This document shows, piece by piece, positions 28,675-39,928 of a stretch of 64,000 bases of DNA (its first letter is position 1; each line of letters starts with the position of its first letter). Made by a program: the position numbers and the translations under genes. Source of the DNA: Rikenellaceae bacterium (lineage in GTDB: Bacteria > Bacteroidota > Bacteroidia > Bacteroidales > Rikenellaceae); NCBI GenBank assembly GCA_031548515.1, contig JAVBRB010000014.1:7614-71613 (forward strand), in the 5' to 3' direction. Under the pieces are notes generated by a model that had not been told where the DNA came from, did no database searches, and saw only the letters and a list, made by a program, of their open reading frames with translations.

Positions 28675-28714
28675 TGATCACTTATCTCTAATCGTTAATC
28701 GCTAATCACTAATA
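28675..28714. repeat. Heptamer-periodic TAATC-type block between the ahcY stop and the next start codon
   Basis: ...TAATCGT TAATCGC TAATCAC TAATA. This is the inverted counterpart of block 28572-28605. Confidence 0.7.
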
Positions 28715-30127
28715 CCTGTAGTGGTCTGCTTTGTAGGGGCCGTTCTTGTCGACGCCTATGTATGCGGCCTGTTCGTCGGTCAATTCGGTGAGCCGTACGC
28801 CGAGGTTCGCGAGGTGCAGGCGGGCGACCTCTTCGTCTAGCTGCTTTGGCAGGCGGTAGACGTCGACCGCCAGATTGCCGCGGTTCTGCCACAGCTCCAT
28901 CTGGGCGAGCGTCTGGTTGGTGAACGAGTTGCTCATCACGAACGAGGGGTGTCCCGTCGCGCAGCCGAGGTTCACCAGGCGCCCTTCGGCCAGAATAAAG
29001 ATCGAATGGCCGTCGGCGAAGGTGTATTTATCTACCTGCGGCTTGATATTGAGTTTAGTAACGCTCTTGTCAGCTTCGAGTTTTTCCATCTGGATCTCGT
29101 TGTCGAAGTGGCCGATGTTACACACTATGGTCTGGTCGCGCATCCGGCGCATGTGGTCCAGCGTGATGATGTCGCGGTTCCCGGTGGTCGTGACGTAGAT
29201 GTTGCCTTCGGGCAGCGCGTCCTCGACCCTCATCACCTCGAAACCTTCCATCGCGGCCTGCAGGGCGCAGATAGGGTCGATCTCGGTCACGATCACGCGC
29301 GCTCCATATGACTTCATGCTTCGTGCGCAACCTTTGCCGACGTCGCCGTAGCCGCACACTACGACCACTTTCCCGGCGATCATCACGTCCGTAGCGCGCT
29401 TGATGCCGTCGGCCAGCGATTCGCGGCAGCCGTACAGGTTGTCGAACTTGCTTTTGGTCACCGAGTCGTTGACGTTGATGGCAGGGAAAAGCAATTCGCC
29501 CGCATCCTTCATCTGGTACAGGCGATGTACTCCGGTGGTGGTTTCCTCGGAAACACCCGTGATCTCGGGCACCATGCCGTGCCATTTGCGAGGTTCTTCG
29601 GCCAACAGCGTGCGGAGTGTTTCAAGGATCACCTTTTCCTCATAACTGCCCGGCGCGTATTCGAGTGTCGAGGCGTCGTTCTCGGCCTTGTAACCTTTAT
29701 GTATGAGCAGGGTGGCGTCGCCGCCGTCGTCGACTATCACGTTGGGGCCTTTTCCATCCGGGAACGACAGCGCCATGGCCGTACACCACCAGTATTCGGG
29801 TAGCGATTCGCCTTTCCATGCAAAGACCGGGATGCCGGCTTCGGCGATCGCGGCGGCGGCATGGTCCTGCGTCGAGAATATGTTGCAGCTGCACCAGCGC
29901 ACTTCTGCGCCCAGTTCGGCGAGCGTTTCGATCAGCACCGCCGTCTGGATCGTCATGTGCAGCGAACCCATTATGCGTGCGCCTTTCAACGGCTTCTGCT
30001 GTCCGTATTTCGCACGCAGGGACATCAATCCCGGCATTTCGTGCTGCGCTATCTCTATCTCCTTGCGGCCCCATCCGGCCAGCGTGATGTCTGCTACCTT
30101 ATAAGGTATGGTCAGGTCTAAATACAT
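28709..30127 (-). CDS. ahcY: Adenosylhomocysteinase
   Basis: 472 aa with the classic AhcY pattern ([18 protein letters not shown]..., NAD-binding [24 protein letters not shown]). Confidence 0.97.
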   Translation of the reverse strand: MYLDLTIPYKVADITLAGWGRKEIEIAQHEMPGLMSLRAKYGQQKPLKGARIMGSLHMTIQTAVLIETLAELGAEVRWCSCNIFSTQDHAAAAIAEAGIPVFAWKGESLPEYWWCTAMALSFPDGKGPNVIVDDGGDATLLIHKGYKAENDASTLEYAPGSYEEKVILETLRTLLAEEPRKWHGMVPEITGVSEETTTGVHRLYQMKDAGELLFPAINVNDSVTKSKFDNLYGCRESLADGIKRATDVMIAGKVVVVCGYGDVGKGCARSMKSYGARVIVTEIDPICALQAAMEGFEVMRVEDALPEGNIYVTTTGNRDIITLDHMRRMRDQTIVCNIGHFDNEIQMEKLEADKSVTKLNIKPQVDKYTFADGHSIFILAEGRLVNLGCATGHPSFVMSNSFTNQTLAQMELWQNRGNLAVDVYRLPKQLDEEVARLHLANLGVRLTELTDEQAAYIGVDKNGPYKADHYRY

Positions 30128-30492
30128 TTTCGTTCCTTTAATATTTCGGTTATTGTTTTTTTGTCTTTTTCGATCTGCGCGCGTAGTTCCTCCGGCGATG
30201 CAAATTTACGCTCGGGACGGATGAATTCCAAGAGTTCGGCCGTGAGATTTTCGCTGTACAGGTCGCTTGAGAAGTCCAGCAGGTGAAGTTCGAGGATACG
30301 CGTTCCGCCAGAGAAGGTCGGCTTCACGCCGAGGTAGGCCATTGCGCCGTAGCGCCGTCCTCCGTATTCAACTGCGGCGGCATAGATTCCGTTGGCGGCC
30401 GCGAAATCCTCCCCGACCGGGATATTGGCTGTCGGATAGCCCAGACCGCGTCCTATCCTGCTGCCTTCCGCCACACGCCCGCTGATCTTCAT
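30118..30492 (-). CDS. Stand-alone riboflavin kinase domain protein
   Basis: [11 protein letters not shown] and LELHLLDF...LYSE match the RibF C-terminal kinase domain. No FAD synthetase domain is present. Confidence 0.75.
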   Translation of the reverse strand: MKISGRVAEGSRIGRGLGYPTANIPVGEDFAAANGIYAAAVEYGGRRYGAMAYLGVKPTFSGGTRILELHLLDFSSDLYSENLTAELLEFIRPERKFASPEELRAQIEKDKKTITEILKERKCI

Positions 30493-31580
30493 ATCTTTTC
30501 CGTCAGTTTCTGCACCACCCGGAACCGGCTCAGGAACTCTTTTGCAAATACCCTCAGTACGTTATACGCAGGTATAGCAAGGAGCATACCCCAGATCCCG
30601 CCCACACTTCCGGCCATCAGTATCACGATGAATATTTCGAGCGGATGCGCTTTCACGCTGTTGGAGTAGAGCACCGGTTGCAAAACGAGGTTGTCGATGG
30701 CCTGTGCGACGATGACGGTGATGCCGACTATCAGTACCATAGTCAGTATCGATGCTCCGGCGATAGGCGAGATGATGCCTATAATAACGCTGATACACCA
30801 ACTGATAAGGGGACCCACATATGGCACGACGTTCATCACGCCTACGGTAAGGCCGATGAACAGAGCGTCGCGCGGAGCCAGCCCGCAGATCATCAGCACC
30901 GCCGAAACGAAGGTGAACATGATGGTCGATTCGGTCAAGATGCCGATGAAGTAACGTTTCAGCAATTGCGACACGGAGTCCATGGCATGGCGTATCTTCT
31001 CTTCGTATTTTGCAGGACTTACGGTGACTATGATGTTGGTGAACATATCGTTCTCCTTCAGAAAGAAGAAACCGATGAATGTGACGGAGAAAGCGGCTAT
31101 GGCGACTCCGCCTACGACCGACACAACCGATGATACTACGGTATTAACCGTGGCCGGGTCGAGAAGCCCTTTGATGAAATTCAGTATTTCGTCCCAGACC
31201 GAGAAGTCCGCTCCCAACGAGAAAGTATCGCGTATCCACTCCTGTATGCCGTAGAGGGGATCGAAAAACGAGTCGGGGAACACGCTCGCGTCGGCTGACA
31301 TCAGCATGTCGACCTTGTTGACTATGATCGGGATGAATGTGAAGAAGAACGTCAGTATCACGCACCACATTATAATGACCGTCACCAGTGCCGCGAGCCA
31401 GCGCGGAGGGTGCCACTTTTTGATACGTATCTTCAGGAACAGGTTCATTAGCGGAGTGCCGATAATGGCCAGCACCGCCGCGATCAGGACGTAGAAAACA
31501 ATGGAGCGGAAATACCACAACAGCAGAGCCAGGATGATAATCCCCGCGGTTATTAAAAGATATTTCGGTGTTTTCTGCAT
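30489..31580 (-). CDS. AI-2E family transporter (PerM-like permease)
   Basis: About 8 TM helices with the AI-2E/UPF0118 pattern. Confidence 0.8.
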   Translation of the reverse strand: MQKTPKYLLITAGIIILALLLWYFRSIVFYVLIAAVLAIIGTPLMNLFLKIRIKKWHPPRWLAALVTVIIMWCVILTFFFTFIPIIVNKVDMLMSADASVFPDSFFDPLYGIQEWIRDTFSLGADFSVWDEILNFIKGLLDPATVNTVVSSVVSVVGGVAIAAFSVTFIGFFFLKENDMFTNIIVTVSPAKYEEKIRHAMDSVSQLLKRYFIGILTESTIMFTFVSAVLMICGLAPRDALFIGLTVGVMNVVPYVGPLISWCISVIIGIISPIAGASILTMVLIVGITVIVAQAIDNLVLQPVLYSNSVKAHPLEIFIVILMAGSVGGIWGMLLAIPAYNVLRVFAKEFLSRFRVVQKLTEKI

Positions 31581-31583
31581 CGT

Positions 31584-32258
31584 TTATTTTCTTTTGAATC
31601 GAGCTACAGGTGTCTGCGAACCACGTACTTTCTGTCCGAGTTTGACCAATATTTCGGCGTCAGCCGGAAGGTAGAGGTCTACCCGGCTGCCGAATTTGAT
31701 GAATCCGCATGGTGTGTTCTGCGTGACCTCTTCACCCTCTTTTGCGTATGAAACTATCCTGCGTGCTACCATTCCGGCAACCTGGCGGAAAACTACCGGA
31801 CCGTGGACGGTCTCGACGGCTGTGGTGGTACGTTCGTTGTCGTCCGACGATTTCGGATGCCATGCCACCATGAACCTGCCGTTGTGGTGTTTGAAGTAAA
31901 TCACCTTGCCGCCTACAGGGAACCAGTTGATGTGGACGTTGGTTACCGACATAAAGATGGATAACTGTATGCGCTTGTCTCCCAGGACTTCGGTCTCCTG
32001 CACATCTTCGGCAACGACCACGGTCCCGTCGCATGGAGCGAAGATCACATCATCGTCTGCCAGCAGCGGACGGTTAGGGACGCGGAAAAACGCGATCACG
32101 AACCCCCACGTTGTCACCGCCGCTGTGATCCAGAATGCCGCGATCCACGGGCCGTACCAGTCGGCGAGCATGAACAGCATTATTATTCCTGCGGCCAGCG
32201 CACCGAGTATCAACGCCGCGACGGGAATTATCACCCGCCCTTCCTCGCTTATTTTCAT
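31584..32258 (-). CDS. psd: Phosphatidylserine decarboxylase proenzyme
   Basis: FGSRVD self-cleavage motif near the C-terminus. Start chosen at Met15 (MKISEEG...), just after the cdsA stop. The longer ORF start at 32300 is possible. Confidence 0.85.
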   Translation of the reverse strand: MKISEEGRVIIPVAALILGALAAGIIMLFMLADWYGPWIAAFWITAAVTTWGFVIAFFRVPNRPLLADDDVIFAPCDGTVVVAEDVQETEVLGDKRIQLSIFMSVTNVHINWFPVGGKVIYFKHHNGRFMVAWHPKSSDDNERTTTAVETVHGPVVFRQVAGMVARRIVSYAKEGEEVTQNTPCGFIKFGSRVDLYLPADAEILVKLGQKVRGSQTPVARFKRK

Positions 32259-32262
32259 GCCG

Positions 32263-33165
32263 TCAGAAAAGTCCTGTGAGGTTTTGTAAGAAGTTGCCAC
32301 TGTTCATTAACAGTACAATAATGAAGAATATGAATACGAACGGCGCCGATACCAGCACTGCGTCGAACCTGTCCAGTAATCCTCCGTGTCCGGGCAGCAG
32401 GTTTCCCGAATCTTTCACTCCTGCCGAACGTTTGAAATTCGATTCGGCCAGGTCGCCCAGCACTGCTGTAAGTCCTATGAGGAGTCCGAGTCCCGTCCAC
32501 AGCCATATGTCGCCTTTCACGAGGAACTTCCCGACGACCGCCGCAACAGCGACTGCACCGGCGAGTCCTCCGAAGAAGCCTTCCCATGATTTTTTTGGCG
32601 AAAGCCTCTCGAAAAACCGGTGTTTGCCGAATGTAATGCCGAATAGGTATGCGAAAACGTCGTTGCCCCACACTATGAGTATATATGCCGGAACTATCAG
32701 CGGATTCCATGGGAAAAGCATTTTATTGCCGATTATCGGGAAAAGCGCGATCATCGACACCGGCAGTGCCACATAGGCCACCCCGAGGAACGTGGCCCCG
32801 ATATTATGCATCGGATTGCCTTTCTGCCGCCATATTTCCAGGATAAATACCGTCACTGTCAGCAGTATGACAAGTACGGCCGCGATGCCCAGGTATTTGA
32901 GGAACGCGATGTTGTTGATCACCGTTTCGACCAGTGCGAGATTGATGCCGACTATCGACAGCCCGATCAGCGTACCAGCCGTTTTTTGCGGTCTCGCCCC
33001 TGTTTTTTCCGAGAGTCCATACATTTCCCACATGCATCCGGCCGTTACGCAGAACAGCAGTATGGCGAATGTCAGCCGGCCAAGGAGCAGGGCTGCAAGC
33101 ACGACAACTACAAATACTATCCCTGTACCGCTCCTGACAAGCAGATTATGTGTCTTATCGTTCAT
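32263..33165 (-). CDS. cdsA: Phosphatidate cytidylyltransferase
   Basis: CTP-transferase signature SAGVKDSGNLLPGHGGLLDRFDAVL. Confidence 0.9.
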   Translation of the reverse strand: MNDKTHNLLVRSGTGIVFVVVVLAALLLGRLTFAILLFCVTAGCMWEMYGLSEKTGARPQKTAGTLIGLSIVGINLALVETVINNIAFLKYLGIAAVLVILLTVTVFILEIWRQKGNPMHNIGATFLGVAYVALPVSMIALFPIIGNKMLFPWNPLIVPAYILIVWGNDVFAYLFGITFGKHRFFERLSPKKSWEGFFGGLAGAVAVAAVVGKFLVKGDIWLWTGLGLLIGLTAVLGDLAESNFKRSAGVKDSGNLLPGHGGLLDRFDAVLVSAPFVFIFFIIVLLMNSGNFLQNLTGLF

Positions 33166-33215
33166 GCTTAATAGTCGATATCATTTCAGGCTGAGGGTCG
33201 CGGCCGCCGGTTTTT

Positions 33216-35249
33216 CTACGCTTCGGCAATCAGGGTTGTACCCTCTGCTGTTTGTTTGGCAGCGGCCTCGGCTTCTCTATTGGTCTTTTTAAGGTCTTTC
33301 TTGCTTTTGCCGAAGATCTCTTCCATGTCTTCGGTGAATACCACCTCTTTTTCGAGCAGCCTTTCCGCAAGGCGCGTGATCCCCTCGCGGTTTTCCCCGA
33401 TAACTTTGCGGCAGAGTTTTTCAGCCTCTGTCAGCAGGCTTTTTGCTTCCGAGTCTATTTCCTGGGCGGTTTTTTCGCTGAATGGCTTGGTGAAAGCCAT
33501 ATTGTCGTTACCGGAAGAATCGTAGTAGCTGATGTTGCCCAGCTTTTCGCTCATGCCGTAGTAGGTCACCATTGCATAGGCCATTTTCGTAGCGCGTTCG
33601 AGATCGCTCAGAGCGCCCGTTTCGGTCGTTCCGAAGAAAATCTCCTCCACCATGCGTCCGCCGAGCAGCGAAGCCATTTCGTGCATGAACTGTTCGCGCG
33701 AGGTGTTGTGGCGTTCGTCGGGCAGATACCACGACGCGCCGAGCGAACGTCCGCGCGGGATGATGGTCACTTTTATAAGGGGATGGGCGTACTCCAGCAT
33801 CCAACTGACTACGGCGTGCCCGGCTTCATGGAACGCCGTCAGGCGTTTCTCTTCGGGCGTCATAACGAGGCTCCTGCGTTCCAGGCCTCCGACGATGCGG
33901 TCGATGGCGGCAAGGAAATCCTCCTTGTCGATAGCCGTTTTGTTGTTTCGTGCGGCGATCAGTGCGGCCTCGTTGCATACGTTGGCTATGTCCGCACCCG
34001 AAAATCCGGGGGTTTGCCTTGCGAGGAAGCTGCGGTCCAGATCGGGAACCAGCTTAAGGTTCTTGAGGTGCACGTTGAAGATCTCTTCACGTTCTTTCAA
34101 TTCTGGAAGGCCAACTTCGATCTGGCGGTCGAAACGTCCGGCACGCATCAGCGCCTTGTCGAGGATATCCGCGCGGTTTGTGGCCGCAAGGATGATGACG
34201 CCGGCGTTGGTACCGAAGCCGTCCATTTCGGTTAACAGCTGATTCAGTGTGTTTTCACGCTCGTCGTTACCTGAAAATCCGGCATTTTTGCCGCGTGCGC
34301 GCCCTATGGCGTCGATCTCGTCGATGAAAACTATGCACGGCGCTTTCTCCTTGGCCTGGCGGAAAAGGTCGCGGACACGCGATGCGCCGACACCGACGAA
34401 CATCTCGACGAAATCGGACCCGCTTATGGAAAGGAACGGAACGTTGGCTTCACCTGCGACGGCTTTTGCCAACAGGGTCTTGCCAGTTCCCGGAGGACCT
34501 ACGAGCAACGCGCCCTTTGGGATTTTACCCCCCAGGTCTTTGTATTTTTGAGGCTTCTTTAGAAAGTCCACTATCTCCATAATCTCGACCTTGGCTTCTT
34601 CGAGTCCGGCCACGTCCTTGAACGTGATCTTTACCTGGGTGTCTTTGTCGAAAACCTGCGCCTTGGCTTTGCCGACATTGAAAACGGCATTGCCTCCGCC
34701 TCCGCCTCCTCCGCCCGACATGCTGCGCATCATGAATATCCATACGCCTATTATGAGTATCCACGGCAGGAAACCGATCAGAAAGGTACTCCAGCCATTC
34801 TTTTCATTCTTATAGGAAAGGGGGATATCCTGCCCGTACTGCACTTTAGCCTGGTCCAGATCGGCGCGGAAAGTATCAACGGAACCTATTACGAACTCGA
34901 ACTGCACGCCCTGAGTCGGGATGCTTTTATATGCATCCTGTGTTTTATACTTCTCTATCGACTCTTTTCTCAGGTAAACCTGGGCGTTTTCGCGGTTGAC
35001 GACTACTATTTTCTCGACATCGCCCTTGCTTATCATGGTTTCCACGGTGTCCCAGTTGGTGGTGACAGCGGTCTCGCGTCCACCGAATAGCGACCAGGCC
35101 AAAAGAATAACCAGAATTATGACCCAACCCCACATGAAAGGGCTTCGCGGATTCATCATTTTTGATTGCTGCGGCTGCGGCGCCGGCCTATGGTTTTGTC
35201 CTCCCTGGTTCGATCCGCCGCCGGATTGGTGTTTATTATTGTTTTCCAT
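33216..35249 (-). CDS. ftsH: ATP-dependent zinc metalloprotease FtsH
   Basis: Walker [17 protein letters not shown] region, and HEAGH zinc motif. Start set at MENNNKHQ. Confidence 0.97.
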   Translation of the reverse strand: MENNNKHQSGGGSNQGGQNHRPAPQPQQSKMMNPRSPFMWGWVIILVILLAWSLFGGRETAVTTNWDTVETMISKGDVEKIVVVNRENAQVYLRKESIEKYKTQDAYKSIPTQGVQFEFVIGSVDTFRADLDQAKVQYGQDIPLSYKNEKNGWSTFLIGFLPWILIIGVWIFMMRSMSGGGGGGGGNAVFNVGKAKAQVFDKDTQVKITFKDVAGLEEAKVEIMEIVDFLKKPQKYKDLGGKIPKGALLVGPPGTGKTLLAKAVAGEANVPFLSISGSDFVEMFVGVGASRVRDLFRQAKEKAPCIVFIDEIDAIGRARGKNAGFSGNDERENTLNQLLTEMDGFGTNAGVIILAATNRADILDKALMRAGRFDRQIEVGLPELKEREEIFNVHLKNLKLVPDLDRSFLARQTPGFSGADIANVCNEAALIAARNNKTAIDKEDFLAAIDRIVGGLERRSLVMTPEEKRLTAFHEAGHAVVSWMLEYAHPLIKVTIIPRGRSLGASWYLPDERHNTSREQFMHEMASLLGGRMVEEIFFGTTETGALSDLERATKMAYAMVTYYGMSEKLGNISYYDSSGNDNMAFTKPFSEKTAQEIDSEAKSLLTEAEKLCRKVIGENREGITRLAERLLEKEVVFTEDMEEIFGKSKKDLKKTNREAEAAAKQTAEGTTLIAEA

Positions 35250-35280
35250 CGATTTTTTGCCTTTCTTTGAATTACCGCAT

Positions 35281-35634
35281 TTACTTGTCCTCATCTTCGT
35301 ACCGCGTAGCCGGAGCGTCGGCCCACAACTCTTCCAACTTGTAGAAACCGCGCATTTCGGTCTGGAATATATGCACGACAATATCCACGTAGTCCATCGC
35401 TATCCACAGCGCGTTGGCCGCACCGTCGATCCTCCACACCCGCGTCTTGAGTTCTTTCTCGGTTTTTTCCTCGATTCCGGCCGCTATGGCCCCGACCTGC
35501 GTGGTGGAGTCTGCGTTGCAGATTACGAAATACGAGCATATCGCTCCGCTCGTTCCGGTCATATCGAGAGATACTATGTTCTTTCCTTTTTTGTCTTTTA
35601 TCGCTTCGACTATAGTTTCGAGCAGTTTATCCAT
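35281..35634 (-). CDS. rsfS: Ribosome silencing factor RsfS
   Basis: 117 aa iojap-family pattern (KKGKNIVSLDM..., DYVDIVVHIF). Confidence 0.85.
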   Translation of the reverse strand: MDKLLETIVEAIKDKKGKNIVSLDMTGTSGAICSYFVICNADSTTQVGAIAAGIEEKTEKELKTRVWRIDGAANALWIAMDYVDIVVHIFQTEMRGFYKLEELWADAPATRYEDEDK

Positions 35635-35677
35635 ATATCGTCTGTTGATTCTTTTCTATGCAAATTTTACCATGTTA

Positions 35678-35685
35678 CAAAGGTA
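35678..35685 (-). promoter_or_regulatory. Bacteroidota -7 promoter box (TACCTTTG) for rsfS-ftsH
   Basis: Perfect TAnnTTTG about 44 nt upstream of the ATG at 35634. Confidence 0.45.
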
Positions 35686-35765
35686 CGAAATAACTTGGAA
35701 CCATCGCAAAAATTCAGGCAATTCCTATGCCGGAACTGCGTAAACATCTTTTTCATGACAAGGTG

Positions 35766-36662
35766 TCAGGCTCGCACCGCCATACAGTCTATAACCGAAT
35801 CGCGCAAGGCGGAAATGATGGAGTGTTTGACATATGTACGGCGTACGGCCAGGGCTATCTTCCTCGACACCGCCCCTTTTGCAAGCGGTTTCAACTGGCT
35901 GATCCTCTCTTCCTGAATGAATTCTGCCGCCATTTCGGGGATCACCGTCATGGAGTTGGTGCAGTCCACCATGCGCATCAGCGTATCCAGCGACCCGCAT
36001 TCGAAGTTATACCGGTTATGTCCGCCGGTTCTTCCCTGGCACAGTTCAAGTATCTGGTCGCGCAGGCAATGCCCCTGCGACAGCAGGATAAGGTGCTTCG
36101 GGTCGATGTCCTCGACGCGTATATTCGAACGTTCGTATAAATCATTGGACGGCGAAACGTAGACGTGGAAACGGTCGCTGAAAAGTTCGAATTCCATTAT
36201 GCCGTCGGGAGTGGTTCCTCCGGCGAGCAGGGCGGCATCGAGCGAGTCCTTTTCCAGCGCCTTGCAGATTTGCATGGTCTCTGTTTCCCGGACCTCGAGT
36301 TCGACCTTCGGGTATTTGTTTATGAATCCGGGAATGAATTTGTGCAGCAGGTAGGGCGCTATCGTGGGTATCACTCCCAGGCGGAGCGTTCCCGATATCT
36401 CGCCTTTAAGTTCGTTTACCGATTCCTTGACGTAATTGTAAGCCTTGATGGCTTCGCGAGCGTTTCTGATGACCACTTCGCCTGCTTCGGTCGGGATGAC
36501 TGGTTTCTTCGTGCGGTCCAACAGTATGACCCCGAGTTCCTCCTCGAGGTTTTTGATCTGCATGCTGAGCGACGGTTGGGTCACGAAACACTGCTCGGCC
36601 GCGAGCGAGAAACTTCCGCAGTTGGCCACCGCAAGAAGGTATTCGAGTTGTACGATTGTCAT
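35766..36662 (-). CDS. oxyR: LysR-family regulator, OxyR-like
   Basis: wHTH N-terminus (FSLAAEQCFVTQPSLSMQIKNLEEELG). Redox cysteine context LSQGHCLRDQILELC matches OxyR Cys199/Cys208 spacing. Confidence 0.8.
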   Translation of the reverse strand: MTIVQLEYLLAVANCGSFSLAAEQCFVTQPSLSMQIKNLEEELGVILLDRTKKPVIPTEAGEVVIRNAREAIKAYNYVKESVNELKGEISGTLRLGVIPTIAPYLLHKFIPGFINKYPKVELEVRETETMQICKALEKDSLDAALLAGGTTPDGIMEFELFSDRFHVYVSPSNDLYERSNIRVEDIDPKHLILLSQGHCLRDQILELCQGRTGGHNRYNFECGSLDTLMRMVDCTNSMTVIPEMAAEFIQEERISQLKPLAKGAVSRKIALAVRRTYVKHSIISALRDSVIDCMAVRA

Positions 36663-36741
36663 TTCCTCAACTTTGTACGGTTAGTTATTATATGCAAAAA
36701 TATAAATAATATTTATACAACATGCAGGTGCTATAAATAAG

Positions 36742-38016
36742 TCAATATTTGCCTTTCCAGAGTTTTTCGATGCGCTCGGCGTATTTCTGTTCGGCGGCGT
36801 TCTGCACGTTGGGTTCGTAGAACTTAGTCCCTTCGAGTCCCGCGGGCAGGAATTCGAGGTCAGTGAAGCCCCCTTCGTAATCGTGCGCGTATTTGTAGCC
36901 CTTGTGGTAGTCGAGGTCCTTCATCAACTTGGTGGGGGCGTTGCGGATATGGAGCGGCACGGCGCGGTTGGTGGTGTCGTGGTTCACGAAGCCAATAGCC
37001 CGGTCTATGGCCATGTAAGCCGAGTTGCTTTTGGGCGAATTGGCGAGGTAAAGCGTCGCTTCGGCGAGGGGTATTCGCGCCTCGGGCATGCCGATCTTGT
37101 GGACGATGTCGAAACAGGCGTTTGCCATCAGCAGGGCGTTGGGATTGGCCAGGCCGATGTCCTCGGCCGCGAGTATAGCCAGCCTGCGGGCGATGAATCG
37201 CGGCTCTTCGCCTCCTGCCAGCATCCGCGCGAGGTAATATATGGCGGCGTTGGGGTCGCTTCCGCGGACGCTTTTGATGAACGCCGAAATTACATCGTAG
37301 TGCTGTTCGCCGTTCTTGTCGTAGAGGGCGATATTCTGCTGGAGGGCGTCGGTGACGTTCTTGTCCGAAATCACGAGTTTGCCGTCGGTCGACGCCGCTA
37401 TGATGTCGAGAATGTTGAGCAGTTTTCGGGCGTCGCCCCCCGAAAAGCGGAAGAGCGCCTCGGTCTCGACCACCTCCACTCCGCGCTCTTTCAGTTCTGA
37501 GTCCGTCGTGATGGCCCGGTCCAGCAGCGTCTGCAGCTCCGCGTCGTTCATCGGGTTCAGGACATAGACCTGGCAGCGCGACAAGAGCGGCGAAATGACC
37601 TCGAATGACGGATTTTCGGTGGTCGCGCCTATGAGTGTGATGGTACCCTGCTCGACTGCGCCGAGAAGCGAATCCTGCTGGCTCTTGTTGAATCGATGGA
37701 TTTCGTCGATGAACAGGAACGGCGAGGGGGTATTGAAGAACTGCTGCTTGCGGGCGCTGTCGATCGCCTCGCGTACGTCCTTCACGCCCGAAGTTACGGC
37801 CGAAAGCGTATAGAACGGCCTTTTAAGGGTGTTCGCGACAAGGCGGGCGAGGGTGGTCTTACCGACCCCCGGGGGACCCCACAATATGAACGACGGCACG
37901 TTGCCCGTTTCCATGAAACGGCGGAACACCCCGTCCTTCCCGACGAGGTGCGATTGTCCTATGTAATCTTCGAGCGTCTGCGGCCTTAAACGCTCGGCCA
38001 GTGGTCTGTTGCTCAT
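36742..38016 (-). CDS. rarA: Replication-associated recombination protein A (AAA+ ATPase)
   Basis: GPPGVGKTTLA, FIDEIHRFNKSQQD, and the MgsA C-terminal domain. Confidence 0.95.
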   Translation of the reverse strand: MSNRPLAERLRPQTLEDYIGQSHLVGKDGVFRRFMETGNVPSFILWGPPGVGKTTLARLVANTLKRPFYTLSAVTSGVKDVREAIDSARKQQFFNTPSPFLFIDEIHRFNKSQQDSLLGAVEQGTITLIGATTENPSFEVISPLLSRCQVYVLNPMNDAELQTLLDRAITTDSELKERGVEVVETEALFRFSGGDARKLLNILDIIAASTDGKLVISDKNVTDALQQNIALYDKNGEQHYDVISAFIKSVRGSDPNAAIYYLARMLAGGEEPRFIARRLAILAAEDIGLANPNALLMANACFDIVHKIGMPEARIPLAEATLYLANSPKSNSAYMAIDRAIGFVNHDTTNRAVPLHIRNAPTKLMKDLDYHKGYKYAHDYEGGFTDLEFLPAGLEGTKFYEPNVQNAAEQKYAERIEKLWKGKY

Positions 38017-38054
38017 TTGCAGCTATTTCATGCTGTGCTAAAGATAATAAAAAA

Positions 38055-38357
38055 TTACGATCGTTTGGGATTCCGGGGGAACCAACCTTTTTCGACGCGC
38101 TTTTTCTGGTCGAAGATTTCGGTTATTCCCCACAATGCCGAAAAACCAGTCACACCCAACAGCGCCGAAACGATGATATTCTCCACGAGCAGCGCCCCGG
38201 CGATTGACGCGAGTCCCACACACAGGAACAGCCACCAGCAGCGGGTCCCCAGGTAGTATTCGCCCTTGATGACTAGCGGATGGAAAAGTCCGATTATCAG
38301 GAAAGTGCCGAAGCCTATGATTATGCCGGCAAGGTTGTGTGACGTGATGAGTTCCAT
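38055..38357 (-). CDS. Small integral membrane protein (DUF4491-like)
   Basis: 100 aa with three TM helices. The family assignment is from memory only. Confidence 0.5.
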   Translation of the reverse strand: MELITSHNLAGIIIGFGTFLIIGLFHPLVIKGEYYLGTRCWWLFLCVGLASIAGALLVENIIVSALLGVTGFSALWGITEIFDQKKRVEKGWFPRNPKRS

Positions 38358-38446
38358 TGCAAAAATATTATAAAAAACAAAGATAGTGAAAAGAAAACGC
38401 CCTGCATGATACGCAGGGCGTCTTCTTTGAAAATTACCGAATTTTA

Positions 38447-39808
38447 TCAGATTATCTTTTCCAGCGTCTTCACGGTTTTGGCGATCTCCTCGTCCGACAG
38501 GTCATAATTCTTCAGTTGCCCGCTCAGGTACTGCTCGTAGGCATAAAGGTCTACCATGCCGTGCCCCGAAAGGTTGAATACGATGGTGCGCGCCTCGCCC
38601 GCTTCTTTGGCCTTCTGCGCTTCGTCGATGGCGGCGCAAATGGCGTGGGTCGATTCGGGCGCGGGGATTATACCCTCGGTCTTGGCGAACAGCACGCCCG
38701 CCGCCAGTGACTCCACCTGGTGTATGTCCACCGCTTCGAACAGGCCGTCTTTCAGCAGTTGGCTTGCGACCGTACCTGCGCCGTGGTAGCGAAGTCCGCC
38801 CGCATGGATATCCGCCGGATGGAAATCGTGGCCCAGAGTGAACATAGGCAGCAGGGGAGTGAACCCTGCGATGTCGCCGAAGTCGTACTGAAACTCGCCT
38901 CGCGTCAGTTTCGGACAGCTTGCAGGTTCGACGGCTATAAGGCGGGTTTTGCGGCCTTTCGTGAGGTTCTCGCGCAGGAACGGGAAGGCGATCCCGCCGA
39001 AGTTGCTTCCGCCGCCGAAACATCCGATCACCGCGTCGGGATAGTCGCCCGCCATTTCGAGTTGGCGCAGGGCCTCTTCGCCGATGATGGTCTGGTGCAG
39101 GATGACGTGGTTCAGCACGCTGCCCAGGCAGTAGCGCGCGTCGGGATTTTTCATCACCATCTCGACTGCCTCCGAGATCGCCGTGCCGAGAGAGCCTCCG
39201 TCGTCCGGATTCTGCGCGAGGATCGCACGTCCGGCCTCCGTCGTATCGCTGGGCGAGGGGAATACATCGGCGCCCCATGTGTTCATCATCAGTTTGCGGT
39301 ATGGTTTCTGCTCGTAGCTCACCTTCACCATGTAGACGCGGAGGTCGAGGCCGAACATCGCGGCGGCCATGGCCATGGCCGATCCCCACTGCCCGCCGCC
39401 TGTTTCGGTGGTCATGCGCTTCAGGCCCTGCTGAGCCGCATAGTAGGCCTGCGGGACGGCGCTGTTTGGTTTGTGCGACCCTGCCGGGGATACGCTTTCG
39501 TTCTTGAAATATATCTTGGCCGGGGTGTCGAGCGCCTTTTCGAGCTGGTAAGCCCTTACGAGGGGAGTGCAGCGCCAGATCTTATAAAGGTCCTGTACCC
39601 GGTCGGGTATGTCGATGTAGCGCTCGGTGGAGAGTTCTTGCTCCACCAGTTCGTCCACAAAAATTTGCTTGAGCATCTCTTTGGTTACAGGCTCTTTTGT
39701 AGCCGGATGGAGGAGCGGCAGCGGCCTGGTGGGCATGTCGGCCACCACGTTATACCATTGCTTTGGCATTTCGCTGTCCGGCAAAATGATTTTTTTCGTA
39801 GCACTCAT
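38447..39808 (-). CDS. trpB: TrpB-like PLP enzyme (tryptophan synthase beta chain, type 2)
   Basis: Start set at [14 protein letters not shown] lysine context [11 protein letters not shown] and the long TrpB2-type architecture. No trpA is adjacent. Confidence 0.9.
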   Translation of the reverse strand: MSATKKIILPDSEMPKQWYNVVADMPTRPLPLLHPATKEPVTKEMLKQIFVDELVEQELSTERYIDIPDRVQDLYKIWRCTPLVRAYQLEKALDTPAKIYFKNESVSPAGSHKPNSAVPQAYYAAQQGLKRMTTETGGGQWGSAMAMAAAMFGLDLRVYMVKVSYEQKPYRKLMMNTWGADVFPSPSDTTEAGRAILAQNPDDGGSLGTAISEAVEMVMKNPDARYCLGSVLNHVILHQTIIGEEALRQLEMAGDYPDAVIGCFGGGSNFGGIAFPFLRENLTKGRKTRLIAVEPASCPKLTRGEFQYDFGDIAGFTPLLPMFTLGHDFHPADIHAGGLRYHGAGTVASQLLKDGLFEAVDIHQVESLAAGVLFAKTEGIIPAPESTHAICAAIDEAQKAKEAGEARTIVFNLSGHGMVDLYAYEQYLSGQLKNYDLSDEEIAKTVKTLEKII

Positions 39809-39860
39809 AATCGTAAAGTCGTTAAGTGGAAAATTTATAATGTTATGTTTTCTCGTCTGA

Positions 39861-39898
39861 AATCGAAAAGCCCGCTGTTCTGGTAAACAACGGGCTTC
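39861..39898 (-). terminator. Attenuator terminator of the trp leader
   Basis: Minus-strand hairpin AAGCCCGTTGTT-TACCAG-AACAGCGGGCTT followed by TTCGATTT. An upstream UGUUCUG can pair with CAGAACA of the 3' arm as an antiterminator. Confidence 0.75.
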
Positions 39899-39928
39899 CT
39901 GGGTATTATGCACAAACCGGCAGAACAA

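Noticed and set aside
30118-30500. SAH riboswitch upstream of ahcY
   Set aside because: ahcY has no free 5' leader, because its start overlaps the upstream riboflavin kinase gene by 10 nt.
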